From Isurus oxyrinchus (taxonomy: Eukaryota), in contig JANJGN010000034.1 in NCBI GenBank assembly GCA_026770705.1, positions 6,634,001 through 6,698,000 of the forward strand: DNA of 64,000 nt, in the 5' to 3' direction. Made by a program: the position numbers and the translations under genes. Shown here piece by piece: positions 11,000 to 24,309 of the stretch; position 1 is the first letter of the stretch, and each line of letters starts with the position of its first letter. The notes under the pieces were generated by a model. The model saw only the letters and a program-made list of their open reading frames with translations. It ran no database searches and was not told the DNA's origin.

Positions 11000-11600
11000 C
11001 CCATTATAATTATACTGCCAGCCCAAAGAGGATGTACCACTCAACGGATCTACGTCATTTGAATTTCAGCATATGCGCGTCCAAGTTTATGATCCGTAAA
11101 TGGCAGCGATTCAATAATCGAATCAAACAACATATTCGTTTGGTTGTTCCCAATATGCAGATGACATGCCATGCTCAACTAGCCCGCGTTTGCAAAGCTC
11201 AAAAGAAAATGGCTAATCTTAGATGGGTCTGCGTGATTTGGCAGCACTTACTGATCAACAGCAATTCTGCTAATAGCTACCCTAACAACCAATTTAAAAT
11301 AATCCTTTGAACTCGGACGTGGCTCATTTATGCTTGCCAGGGATGGAACATGATAATATTTCGGCCTCTTGTCTGTTTGCTTAATTGCATTGGAACTCGG
11401 GGACCTTAAGATTTCCCCATTGTGTTAGCAATGGAAACGACTCGACAAATTAGAATCGACTCGGTAAGCAATCAGCACTTGTTTTGACTTTTTTTATCCT
11501 TATAGTAGATGATTGTTTGTAATATTGCTGTTCTATGTTTATCCTGATCAATTCAAATGCAAAGCTTCGGCAAATTGTCACTACTTTCAGTAATCTAAAA
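11000..11600 (+). mobile_element. Penelope-like element 3' fragment (same family as 44.85-46.5 kb)
   Basis: Translation RIKQH...IWQHLLINSNSANSYPNNQFKII is typical of the C-terminal half of Penelope GIY-YIG domains. Confidence 0.6.
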
Positions 11601-12429
11601 GTTATGTGCTATCAAGCGTGTATCCTTTATAGATCTGTACTATACCACAATGCAGTCGACGTCGCTTTACAGTGATTAGAGCAAAAATAATTCACACATC
11701 TCAGCTGGTGATGGTGTTAAATTGCAAAATATTCTGGCAGCGGTCCAAGGAATTTATCCAATGCGAGCGTGTCATTCATAGTAAGGAGGCAAAAAATTGG
11801 GCACGATGTTCTAGATGTTTTATGCCCAGCTTCGAAAAAAATCGCACTTCGAAAATATGTTGAAGCCTTCTGTGAAAACCATTGAGAGTCCTTTTAGCTT
11901 CGGCTAGAAAATTTGTGCATTATTAATGTACTTTAACTTTCATGGAATTGAGATTTATTTTGATCTATTGTTCCTGGATGGGTGAATTATGAACCAGCTG
12001 ACGATAATTGATAGCGAACATTTGACTCATGATCTATTATCCTTGGACCACGTGGCTACCAGAATGCTGGATTATGAGCTAAGTGGATTCCAGCCTTTTA
12101 GGCCCGGCAATATTTTTAACCTAGTCGGCCTTAAACTAAGATATTTCAGTGCATATGCAGGGATTTTCTTCTAGAAAGGGAATTTTAAGAACATAATAAT
12201 GCAAGCAGTCGCGAGACCTGCCACACCATTGGCTTCTATGATGGTTGTCTCGCATACAAGTCGTACATGTCTGGTTTTGATCTCTTAGCTCCAGTAATCA
12301 TGCTCAATTTTAAACTTGTCAACTGACGACCTGTTCTGTTGGGGTAAAGTCCTAGATAGATGGCGCAAATGATCTTAATGAAGAAATCCAGGCATTGCTC
12401 ATGTAGTTATTTTTTAAAATCTTTTTTTT

Positions 12430-12700
12430 TGTTCATTCATGGAATTTTGCCGCCGCTGGTTAGGCAAGCATTTATTCTGCATTCTTAACTTCCCTTAAGA
12501 AAGAGATGTCGTGTTGCCTTCTTGAACCCACTGCACTCCATGTCGAGTATGTACATCCGAAATACTGTTAGGGTGGGAGATCTAGAAATTTGAGCCACAA
12601 ACAGTGAATTAAGGAGGAAGTCAGTATAGTGAGTGGCTTCGAGGGGTTCTTCAATGTGGTGCAGCTCTCAGGTGCCAGTTGCTCTTCTCCAAATAGATGC
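12430..12700 (-). mobile_element. HER1/CR1-type LINE 3' tail fragment
   Basis: Reverse complement of the same 3' tail (ttcattcat..gcatttatt..cccttaagaa..ttcttgaac..ctgttaggg). Confidence 0.65.
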
Positions 12701-12990
12701 TAGTGATCCTGCTGCTTGTTCCGGAATTCCATCCAACAAGATGATTTTGTTAATTACTTTATCTATCAGATTGAATCACTTCGTCAATATAAATAGATTC
12801 GAGAGTGGTCCAACTTTCTAAACTCAGCTAATGTAATTCAACTGTACCCAGCTAGCCCGTCTGTGCCAAATTGAACAAAATATCTCATTGCCACCAACAG
12901 CTGATCGGAGACACATAAGTAAGAATGTCCAAAACAGCATCTGCGGAAAAAAAAACGACAAATCAAGGATGAATTGGTTCTGTTTTCCAG

Positions 12991-13026
12991 AATTGGAAAA
13001 ACTGAAGTCAGATCTGCAACATGCAG
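12991..13026 (+). CDS. Microexon, class A (36 nt): ELEKLKSDLQHA
   Basis: tgttttccag|..GCAG|gtcagt; paralogous to 21897, 28263, 35744, 58075 and 59976. Confidence 0.85.
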
Positions 13027-14185
13027 GTCAGTGCTAGTTTGATTGTGAATAGGAATTTTCAATTTCCAAGATTATCACGTGCTAATTTGAAGAAGTGTAA
13101 TTATATTTCGAGTTTGTAATCATCTGCACTTTGCTTGCAGGTGCGGGAATCAATTCTACTGAAAAAAAGGCAGAAGCCGATATTGTTCTTTATCGACATG
13201 CCTAATTAGTTCTACTCTCCTGCTCTCTCAACATAGGCATTAATTAATGTGTCTAGCCAACCTCCATTTGAAAGTTAACATTGAATTTACTTACAATTCA
13301 ACTTAACCCTGGTCACGTCAGATACAAGCAGCACGAGTAAAACAATAACATTACGTCATTTTTCCTCTTCTACGCTTGCCAATTCCTTTAAAGCTATGGG
13401 TTCTGGTCCACAAAGCTCCAACCAGTACAAACAGTGTTCCCATTACCCCATTCAACTATGTCCCTCCTGCAACTTCGCTAAGTCCTGCACATTATTTCTA
13501 AATTATGGTCCGAGGTATGTTCAATGGTTCAAATGGGTCCAAAGCAGAAACCTGCCACTTATTTGCCTTTCATCATGTGTTATGCTTTGCATGACTCTTC
13601 TTCAGAAGGCAGGATGTATTATGCTTCTTAACATCATGGCGAACATAACCTACATTGATCAAATATTTCATACTGTGCACATCTTCCTTCACCACTTGTA
13701 AAATCATGCACCCTTTTTAAATGTAAATTAAAAAATAATTGAACCTATAATTAATGCATGTAGAAGGCAGCATGCCTTAAAACATATAGTGTACTCCATC
13801 ATGAAGGCGGAATTATATTTAGCTGGGTTGCAAAGTAGATTGGACTGGCTTCGCCGCATGTGCTACATTCCATCCTTGAGGAGCAGAAATGCGAATGTTG
13901 CAGGAATCACTACTATCCACACGGAATTTTACATCATGTGTGCAAGCTGTGTCTTGCTTTCAATGCATGCTTGCCACTGAACCGAAATTTCCAGTATCTC
14001 TACGGGGCGCGAAACCAGCGGGGGTACAATTTTTAAGTAAAATGAAGTTGAGATTTTCCATTGGAATTGGTGCACATTGCTTTGTAACTGCTCACCTTTA
14101 TTTCACGGAACTCTATTCAGATTGAACTAATACACACTCAACAGAATTATATGAAGCTTTTCATTCTAATTGTGTTGCATTTCAG

Positions 14186-14212
14186 AAAACAAACTTGTTT
14201 GGTGTTACAAAG
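14186..14212 (+). CDS. Microexon, class B (27 nt): ENKLVWCYK
   Basis: gcatttcag|..AAAG|gtaagt; phase 1-1. Confidence 0.85.
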
Positions 14213-15429
14213 GTAAGTATGAATGATTATTGGGTTTAGTGTACACTGTGTTCTGGGAAGCGTACAGGAAATGCAGCATTCTTTCTGAAAGTATACTCGC
14301 GATTATTTTTCATTTAGACATGCAAGAAAAGTGTAAAAGTGATGGTGAGTCGAATGAACTGCATACATTCACACGGGTTTCCGTTCCCACTGCGGTTAAA
14401 CATTTAGAGTGTTTGGTCGGGCGAGGAAAGGCGGGACCAATGTCTCGATGGCCTTATAGATGCCCTCCACCATATTGAGTCCGGATGATTTGAATAGAAG
14501 TGGAAAACGGTCAGGGTGTAAAACGGGCACCCAATAAATACCGCCACTGTGTTGCTCCACTGCTCATATACAACTGAAGTTCTATCTCAAGGAGACATAA
14601 GCTGAGCAATTTGGTCCTCCATTTAAGTGACTTCTCTAAGGATAAAATAAAAGTCGTGGTATCCGCAGAAATTTGAAGTATCAAAACGGCCTTTTGTTTC
14701 ATTGTCGCCGATGGAAAAAGGCAGCGATATGATTGGGCTGGCGATTTCATTGATATGGTTAGTCCATTACAATTGAATGACCCGTGCCATCAAGGTCTGT
14801 GTAATAACGAGTCACTTGTTGGCCTTATCTCCAGTTTATACATCTTAACTATGTGGAAGCACAAGAGTTGTGCCTGGTCATCAGGATCAAAACCAATAGA
14901 ATGGAATATCTGGTGGACACGTAACTCGGGAAACATCCCTTGGTGACATTGGACTTCAAGATTAATGTCTCCCCCATTGTGTAGCCAAAGTACTGAGAGA
15001 TGCAATCCTATCCGCAGATAGTCCCGTCATTATATGACTAAATCATTAGAATCTTTGTATATACTTAAAACAAAACAGTCGTTAACACAATCCAAGTTCA
15101 GAAAAGTGTCCAGCCATAATTTCAATTTGTTATCCCTCGATATTTAAAGAGGCCCTCTTGTCCAATCATCCTAGTAACACAACTTCTCGGCTATTATTTA
15201 GAATTTTGCCAGTGAAACAGTTTCCTTCATCGAAAAGGCATTTTCATTTTCCGAAGTTTGGTACCATCTAGATAGTGTTCTTAGCAGAGGATGCAGGATC
15301 ATGCTCTGCTTTCATCCAAAGCTCAGGCAGCATAGGCAGGATGGGATGATGCTTTCCTTCCTGCAATGAAATAAATTCAATAAGTGTATGGCGCAAATTA
15401 ATGATGTATTTTGACTTCTGTCATTTCAG

Positions 15430-15456
15430 ATCAACGGCTACTTGAAAAAGAATTGG
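15430..15456 (+). CDS. Microexon, class D (27 nt): DQRLLEKEL
   Basis: gtcatttcag|..TTGG|gtaaga; phase 1-1. Confidence 0.85.
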
Positions 15457-16477
15457 GTAAGATGATTCATAACAACGCTACGAATTATACAGATGCATTA
15501 GTATGTGTTATCTGGTTAAATAGAAGACCATTCATACAAGGCTTTGCAGAATAGAGAACGGATTTCAACACCGCAGATGGAAATGCGTCACTTCACATGC
15601 AGAAACATGAAAATGAAAGGGCGTCTAATCCCGAAATCGGACGATTGAATGTTGCAGTCCAAGGCCAAAAAAACGAAGATCACGTTCAAGGCTAATACAG
15701 CCGTTGGGGTCTTGCTGCAGTGCTACACTCTCGCAGGTATTTGTTGCCTGATGTCGCATTTGTGGCGTTGATTTGGCTGACCACTGACAGGAATATAAAA
15801 TATCCAAACTGTTAATTTCAAAACAGACCAGGAGTCCTCCATCTCTTTATCCAATAGTCCTAACTCATCCATAAAAATTTGCAAGGGAGCTCTAATTGCA
15901 ATGCCAGCATAACGGTCAGTCTGTTCCCTCATTTCTGTTCTAAATGGCTAGGTGTAATTGTCATCTTTATGTGCTCCGATTAACACGGAAAAAAAAAAAC
16001 AATCGATGTTATATTCCGCTACATGTTGCAGTCTTTGCACAGAGAATGGTGATGAATAAATTTGAATAAAATGCTGAGGGACCGGAATGAGCCCATCCTT
16101 TCCTCGAACCTGCTCTGCGTTTTCACAAAAGGTTGTTGATTCTCAACATTAGCATTGTTTCTGCTTTGAAACCCGATATGACTTGAGTGCAACAATGAAC
16201 AGATTTCAGCCTTGAATAATTTTAATAGTAAGGAAAATAAAGCCCAATGATGTTCACGGTCCCTACTGTTCACAACTCTCAACTTGGTAAATGTGTGATC
16301 ACTATTTTACCGTGAGATTCAGGCTTTTACTTGTTATACTCTATTTAAATAACAATAAAGAATTTAGCCCCATCTGGAGGTAATGAGTTGAACATGGCTA
16401 GCACAAATTTGCTGCTAGGCAATCATTATGGCCAGCATTAAAAATGTCACTCGTCACAAAAACAAGTTCCCGCAAAG

Positions 16478-16560
16478 GTGGTGGGGGGGGGGGGGGGGGG
16501 GGGTGCGGTGGGATGGGGGTGGGGGGCGGGTATGGAGTGGATTGATGTGGGGGGCGGGGA
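16478..16560 (+). repeat. Poly-G / G-rich low-complexity tract
   Basis: A run of ~20 G plus flanking GGG runs, visible directly. Confidence 0.85.
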
Positions 16561-18329
16561 ATAGTGTGTGGAGAGGGCTGCGGTGGGTCGTAGAAGGTTG
16601 AAACGTTAACTTATTATCATGTTCAAAAAATCTTCCTAACATGTGTGTTCATAATCAATGCGGATTCAACAGGATAAAATAAATATCAACTTGCTCCATC
16701 CTTTAAAAAGAACTGGCTTATCCACGAGCTCAACTCTTCTTTCTGGTCCGATCCCCATAGTCAGTGATTCCCTTAGAATCAAAAAAATTATCCATCGAAA
16801 ATATTAACTTATTCGATAGAACATTCAGAATCCAATGGTTTGGATAATTCCAAAGGCGCACAATCCTGAAAGAGTAAAACAAATCGCCACTGCTACAACA
16901 TGAGCTGCAATATCTTATCTGTTATTCGCTCTGTCAAAGACAAAAAAGTGCTTTGTCTCATCAGGTTTAACTCGAGAATAATTTCGCAAAAACAATTTCA
17001 AATTAAAGAGTTATTTAAAAAAATGTAATATATTTAAAATTATTTTTAGCATGCTTCTATTATAAATGGTGAATCAAACAAACACAATGTTAATGCCTTG
17101 TTATGTCCTTCAGTGAGAGCCCGTTTGATAATCGACTTTTCAGCTTGATTCCAATGCATCTTCATTATTTAACAGGGAAATTGAGCTCAACCTACCGATA
17201 TGCATCCATGAATCAATTTCTGTTTCTCTTTCAATTCCATGAGCTTGTTGAAAACTTTGTTTCCCTTCCCAGTCAATGATAAAAATGTAATGAGTGTTCC
17301 ACACATTCGAGGTTCAGCCTCACTCTTTGTGAGATCCATTCAGCTAACATTCATTTTTCGTTTTTTTGCTCAGTCTGTCAGCATTCTGCTTTGGTGCTGG
17401 ACGTCAAAGAACCTCTATAAACTCAAAGCATCAGAGTAGAATAAATCAATGCCTGAGAACTCGTAACATATTGGCAGAATTTTTGTTAATGTCAAGCCAT
17501 GAAGATATTGGGCAAGCTTTCAGGAGTCAGGAGATGTGTTTCTGGCCACTGAACTACCAGCTTCTGAACTATCTGTGTGGCTACGGTGCGTATATAGCCA
17601 TCTTTACGTTTATATTTATATACTTGCTTGCAGGCAAGATGATTTGCTGCATTACCCGCACAGGTTATCGCACTTAAATAAAAAATCAACGCTCATTAAC
17701 GTTGTAGGTTTTTCGGCTAGTGCTGAAGCATAAGCAAAACAACGTATTTGCCGGAAATTTAAAGTAGACACTGAAGAAAAAAAACATGTTGTAAAACTGT
17801 AAATGCTCAGGTAATCAAAAAGTCTCTTTGGAGAGAACATTTCTAAGGAAAGGCCATCGACCTGACGAGGTTGATGCTGCTCCTCTCTTCAAACATGATG
17901 CCTGAGCAACTAAAGCATTCCTGCACATTTGGTGCATATTTTTTTGTGCGGTGAGCATCCTCCTTGCCTCATTTACGCACTACATAAATGGACTTTTCCA
18001 CTGTCAGTTCACAACTGGGATTAAAGCGCGCTGTTAGATCAGTTGATATGAGGGTGCTGGTTTGTCAGCCCATTGATGAGGTTTAACCGAGGTGTGATTA
18101 TTCCTTGTTGAAAACTTTTCCCAATACACTGCTTTGACGACTTGAAATATAGGCGACAATGGCAATTTTGACAGTCTCTGCGGACAAAAAAAAAATGCTT
18201 TGTGATTAAATAACACGAGGGTGCATACGTTGTCAATTTATATCCAATGTGCATTTGGTTCGGTGAAACGCTGCTTTGCGATTTAACAAGCCTTGGGACA
18301 GCATGCTAGCATCGTGAAATCGTAGAACA

Positions 18330-18720
18330 CGTTAATTATGGTTATTTTATCCAATGCTTTATCTCCACATTTCGCCTATTTCAAACCCTTCCCCCCACGC
18401 CGCCCCCAGGGCAATCTGTCATTTGCTCTTCCTGCTTTCTACTCTTAATGTCATCATTTGCACATGCCTTAGCTAACATCACCGCCGTCAACACCCATTT
18501 TTCCTTTTGTCTACGACATTTTTGGCAATCTTTTCTTTGGCTCCAGATATCACTGGCCCTCTATCCAGCTCTTCATGTACCAGCCCCTCGACCAGCTTAT
18601 CTTTCACCTCATTTCTATATTTCATTCCTTGCGATGAAGACTCGAAACGTTAACTCTATTCCTCTCCGCAGATGCTGTCAAACCTGCTGAGTTTTTACAG
18701 CTATTTTGGTTTTCTTGCAT
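18330..18720 (+). mobile_element. Penelope-like 3' terminal fragment
   Basis: Ends gactcgaaacgttaactct..ctctccgcagatgctgtcaaacctgctgagtttt, the same terminus type as 24.2 kb. Confidence 0.7.
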
Positions 18721-20290
18721 TAGAGGAAGACCCATTCGTACATCAGGGTCCCCGCAGTTGCTATGGAAAAGAAATTTCGTCCATCCTGCTCCTCACCCTA
18801 CGTGCCTTCTTTGACTATTTAACCAAACGCGTTTAAAAGGTTTTGTTTGGTTCACTACCCTACCTTCCACTCAGCTGAGCTCCCTATTTTACGAACATAA
18901 TGATCCAATTTCTGCTGAATATCTGCTTCTTCAAGGAGAACAGACCGGGTTTGACAATGTATCCGTATATCTCACACCCTTCATCAAAGGAATTAATCAG
19001 AGAAATCTTTGCCACACCTTCTCTAAACCACCATGCCTTTCCTGAAATGGGTGGCTAAGAATTAGAACATAAGATCAGAAGAAATATTACAATTAATACA
19101 CCAGCCTAACTATCGAGTCAGCTGCGTCGTTCAGTGCTGCCTTGCTGGATATTCGTCTGCAACTTCACTTTGACGCCAGGCTCCAATTTAGCTTCATTCA
19201 GTTGGATGCCAAAAATAAAAAGATTATGTACAACCATGGAGCAAACATTTTTCTCAGTAGCAGAGACTTCGGACGTTAGGACAATTTTCAATTGGATATA
19301 TTTCTACTTATCTCAAGTCTTAATTATTGCTCCCTTACACCGAGACCTTTTCCCATTTGCTAGATTTTCCATCCAGGAGATACATCCTCTCTGCCTACTC
19401 TGTCATTTTCCTTCAGTAGCAGACATGTTTCAATGATATCACTGCTTATCCTTGCATATTTCAGAGTAACATCAGTTTAGGCAGTCTGTGATCGGAGGAC
19501 ACCTCTCTCGTCCCAAAGACCAATGTGGTGAACATTTCCTCTGCCACATCTGATGGAAAGGTATTTTCACTTAGCTATGGAGACTAAAGCTGCGCATATT
19601 ACTCCCACGACTGGTCTGAAGAAGACCCTGGACAACCTTCGCAAAGTGCATTTATTTCTTTGCACCAATCTCTTTACAATACACCACGAGAAAGTGTTCA
19701 CCACCCTCATCATTTACAGTACTTGTATGTAATGTGTACATCCTCCCACTTGGGTTTCTCTGAATAGCAACATTTAGAAGTTTCAAATATTAAAATAAAA
19801 ATTGCTCTTCTTACTCTACGATCAAATCGAATAAATTAAAAAGTCTCCACGTTATTTTTCATCTACCATGTTGCTGTCCACTTACTTAACCTGCTGAAAT
19901 GTCCTTGCAGCGTTATTTTGTCCTCCTAGCAGCTTGCAGACCCACGTATATTTGCTTTGTGGGCAAAAATTAAATAAGTATTCCATCGCCAATATCAATG
20001 ATTTGGAATGCAAATTGTTGATGCCCAAGCAATGATGCTTCCTAGTCTGCAATATTCACACCTTGTCAAATTGAAAATGCGAAACTGCCCTTGCTTCAAG
20101 TTTCCTCTTGTTGAATAATCTATCCATCATGACATATTAACTCCCAGTATCTGAGACCTAATTTTGGATATTAACTCATATATAATAAGAAGACTAGTTT
20201 CATTTTGATCTGACCTATTCTCTTTCCTCAAAATCTACAGAAATTTTCTAAAGTACATTGCTTTTAAACGCTTCTGTTTGCCATGATGAC
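18720..20290 (-). mobile_element. Degenerate CR1-type LINE fragments (several pieces)
   Basis: Reverse-strand CR1 3'-region remnants (ttcaaggagaaca.., tgcaccaatctctttacaat.., ctgtccacttacttaacctg..). Boundaries approximate. Confidence 0.45.
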
Positions 20291-20334
20291 TTTGTCTGAC
20301 CATGCCATTATTAGCTAAATGAAGGGCTAAGATT

Positions 20335-20810
20335 GTTTACAGGAATGCAGCCAGGGCTAGGAAAGTGCAACTGCGAGGAGAGTTTGGATAGATTGGCGTT
20401 ATTTTCCTTAGAACAAAGAAGGGAAAATGATTAAGGCATACACAATTATGAGGGGACTAGATAGAGTTGACAGGATAAAATTGTTTCCCTTAGTAGAGAA
20501 TTCTAGAACCAAGGGAAAGTATATTCAACATAAGTGGTAGAAGATGTCGGGTGCACATAAAGTAGAACTTGTTTATGCAGAGCATAGTGGGTGTCTTGAA
20601 TTCGCTAACAAAGTTGGTAATAGAGGCAGAAACTGTAAACGCTTTCTAAAAATATCTGGATCTGCACCTTAAGTGTTGTAAGCTGCAGGCCAGGTGGAGG
20701 AACGTGGGATTCGAAAGGGCCCATGGGTGTCCTCGGGGTGGCATAGAAAGGATGAGCCGAATGACCTCCTTGTGTGCTGTAGCTTTTATAAGGTTCTATG
20801 GTTCTAAGGC
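20335..20810 (+). mobile_element. CR1 LINE 3' end fragment
   Basis: ccagggctagg..gaggagagtttggatagattgg..ttttccttagaacaaagaagg..atgaggggactagataga; ends in ttctatggttcta-type terminal repeats. Confidence 0.75.
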
Positions 20811-21896
20811 TTCCTTAATGACGAAATGCATCTCTCACTGTCCGACTGATATCAGTATTGCATTTCTGTCCATGTCCTACTGCCTTCGTTTCATGGCAGG
20901 AATCTCTTGTTGGATATTACCAATGTTTGACAAATGTTCACTATCATTTTATTAACTATGCCCTCAATGCCTCTATAGCAAAATGCCAAGATAACACTGT
21001 GAATAAGTCACTAGTTTGTAAACAGATGCTGTCATTTTCCACTTGCTGTGCAGTTATACTCCAAGCTCTTTCTGATCCTGTGTTGTCTTTCGAATTAGAT
21101 CTTATGCTTTGCATAGCCTTTCCTCGTTCTACCAATCAAAATGCATTTCTTTACTTTTCTATGCACTAACTATCACACGCCATGATATTTATGATATGCC
21201 AATCACTCATTCCACCTGCCTATCTATGCCATCCGCAGTCCACAAACCTCCTCTTCGCAGTTCACAATATTTTCAGGTTTTGTATCATCTGAAAGGATAT
21301 CAAGAAATTGTTTTCCGGCCGTCCAAGTAAAGGCAATTGATGCATATCGTGATTTAAAAAATACAAGAGTGGCCCTTGAATCTACATCTTCAAAATCAAT
21401 TGCATGCCCAACCCCAATCCTATAAACAGGAACAACTGGCTATTACAGTTCTGTATTTCCTCTCACTCAGCCAGCTTGAGATCAGGCCAGTCACCGTCAC
21501 TTTATGTTATAGCAAGCTCGCTATGTAGCATTTTTTTCCAAACAAATAGTTCACGCCCATGGACAACACGTCAGCTGCATGGCCATCATTAGAAGTCTCT
21601 GTAAACGCTTCAAAAATAAAAGCTAATTAAAATATGCAGGTTTTTTAAAGCTAGTGTGTCAATTTCCCACTTAAAACTCAATATATCATTTGTGTTCAAA
21701 CTTCCTACTGTATTGTTGAAAATGCATTGAAATGAGATATTCTTTTAATGGATTTGCACAACTTGAGCAAATCAAATGAGCCTTACACACCTGGTTGAAT
21801 TTCAGATAGTTGATTTAGATATTGCATTGTCATTCAAAGTTATCATTATACAGAAATAATCTAATTACACTGAAGAAGGTTTATTGCGCTTCCCAG

Positions 21897-21932
21897 AATT
21901 GCAACAGATGAAATCAGATCTTCAAGATGCAC
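21897..21932 (+). CDS. Microexon, class A (36 nt): ELQQMKSDLQDA
   Basis: gcttcccag|..GCAC|gtgaga; close paralog of 12991 (KSDLQ). Confidence 0.85.
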
Positions 21933-22595
21933 GTGAGAATTCCCTATGGATATTCAAATTCAGACGCTACATTCCCTGTGTTTCCCTGTTATTGAGGACA
22001 CAATTTCTGTAAGATGAAGCAAAATCCCCAAATCATCTCCATCTCTATGCCTTATTTTCGTGGTTAAACTTCTTGAAAGTCCACCGCCTTGAATGTCAAT
22101 CGGGAAATAAAATGAGTAGCATTCGTGCTCATGGCTGATTTGCCTGATTTGTCAATCCGGTGCTTGCTTAAACAATATCTAGAATTTAGGTGCTCACTGT
22201 GTTTGGCTATTCTATAGACACAACTCAAGTGATGCACACAAAAACAGAAATTGATGAAAGAAAAAAATGAGAAGGTTTGACAACAACTGAGGAGACCGAA
22301 ACAGATTTGAAGTTTCGAGTCCAAAAAAACTCTTTGGAGCTGAAGGGAGCTAGAAAAGTGATGTTATTTCTATTGTTCCAAAGGGTCGATATCAGGTAGA
22401 AGGAATGAGGGGTCAGAGATAGGTTAAAGGCTATTGCGTTTAAATAACACGGACATTATGAAACAAAAGGCTTACGAAGTAGTGATGGTTGCAGTAAAGA
22501 ATTTTAAAAAATAACATTGGAGCAGGGAAAAGTATGGCAGAACAAAAGGCACATCCGAAATCAAGAACTTGAATATACGAAGATAAAAACAAAAA

Positions 22596-23466
22596 ACTGC
22601 AGATGCTGGAAATCCAAAACAAAACAGAATTACCAGGAAAAACTCAGCAGGTCTGGCAGCATCGGCAGAGAAGAAAAGAGTTGACGTTTCGAGTCCTCAT
22701 GACCCTTTAACAGAACTGATGTTTCTTTACAATGAGAAGGGTGAAATATAAGCTAATCTAAGGTGGCGGGGGGGGGGGGGGGGTGGGGGGGGGGGCGGGG
22801 GGGGGGGGGGGGTTGGGGGGCGGTGGAGGGAGAGAGAAGTGGAGGGGCTGTTGTTGTAGGGCCAAGCAAGCAGTGAAATGAGCAGATGATCAAAAAATGT
22901 CACAGACAATGGAACAAAAGAACCCAGAGGTGTTGAAGTTGGTGATATTATCTAAACGAATGTGTTAATTAAGAATGGATGTTAGGGCAATCAAAGTTTC
23001 GTTCTAGTGGGGGTGGGGGGCATAAAAGATTTAAAAATAATGGAAATAGGTGTGAAAAGAAAATTCTATATAAATTATTGGAAAAAAAAAACGAAAGGAA
23101 GGGGGAAGAAACAGAAAGGGGGTGGGGATGGAGGAGGGAATTCAAGACCTAAAGTTGCTAAATTCAATATTCAGTCCGGAAGGCTGTAACGTGCCTAGTC
23201 TGAAGAACAGGGGCTGTTCCTCCAGTTTGCGTTGGGCTTCACTGGGATAATGCAGCAGGCCAAGGACAGACATGTGGACAAGGGAGCAGGGAGGGTTGTT
23301 AAAAGGCAAGCGACAGGGAGGTTTGGGTCATGCTTGTGGACAGACCACGGGTGTTCTGCAAAGCGGTTGCCCAGTTTACATTTGGTCGCTGCAACGTAGA
23401 GGAGACCGCATTGGGAGCAACGAATAGTAGACTAAGTTGGGGGAAATGCAAGTGAAATGTTGCTTC
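22596..23466 (-). mobile_element. Penelope-like element, left (inverted) arm
   Basis: Reverse complement of 23493-24275; carries a disrupted GIY-YIG region and the 3' UTR with a poly-G tract. Confidence 0.85.
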
Positions 23467-24275
23467 CAAGGGCCCAAACACTCCGTTCAAGTGAAGCAGC
23501 ATTTCACTTGCATTTCCCCCAACTTAGTGTACTGTATTCGTTGCTCCCAGTGCGGTCTCCTCTACATTGGAGAGACCAAACGTAAACTGGGTGAACGCTT
23601 TGCAGAACTCCTCCTGTCTGTCTGCAAGAATGACCCAAAACTCCCAGTCGCTTGCCATTTTAACAGTCCACTCTGCTCTCTTGCCCACATGTCTGTCCTT
23701 GGCTTGCTGCATTGTTCCAGTGAAGCCCAACGCAAACTGGAGGAACAGCACCCTATCTTCCGAGTAGGCACTTTACAGCCTTCCAGACTGAATATTGAAT
23801 TCAACAAGTTTAGGTCTTGAGCTCCATCCTCCACCCCCAACCCCTTTCTGTTTCTTCCCCCTTCCTTTTGTTTCTTTCCCCCATTATTTATATGGATTTC
23901 TTCCCACCTATTTCCATTATTTTTAAATCTTTTATGCCCCCGACGCCCACTGGAGCTATACTTTGAGCGCCCTACCATCCAAATCTTAATTACAACATTT
24001 GTTTTGATAATATCACCAACTTCAACAACTCTGTGTTCTTTTGTTGCTTTGTCTGCTCCGATCACTGTTTGCTTGTCCCTACAACAATACCCCCCCTCCA
24101 CTTCTCACCCCCTCCCCCACCCCGCCCCCACATTAAGCTACCTTATATTTCACCCCTCTCATTGAAAAGAAAAATCACTTCTGTTGAAGGGTCAAGAGGA
24201 CTCAAAACGTCAAATCTTTTCTCCGCCGATGCTGCCAGACCTGCTGGGATTTTTTTAGGTAATTCTGTTTTTGAC
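23467..24275 (+). mobile_element. Penelope-like element, right arm with open GIY-YIG endonuclease C-terminus (ORF to 23820)
   Basis: HFTCISPNLVYCIRCSQCGLLYIGETKRKLGERFAE..PVACHFN..RKLEEQHPIFRVGTLQPSRLNIEF is a canonical Penelope GIY-YIG domain. Confidence 0.9.
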
Positions 24276-24309
24276 TTGAATATACGATACTGACTGGCAC
24301 TTACAGTCA

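Noticed and set aside
22763-22830. Poly-G / poly-Pro ORFs
   Set aside because: These are simple G-runs in the Penelope 3' UTR, not coding sequence.
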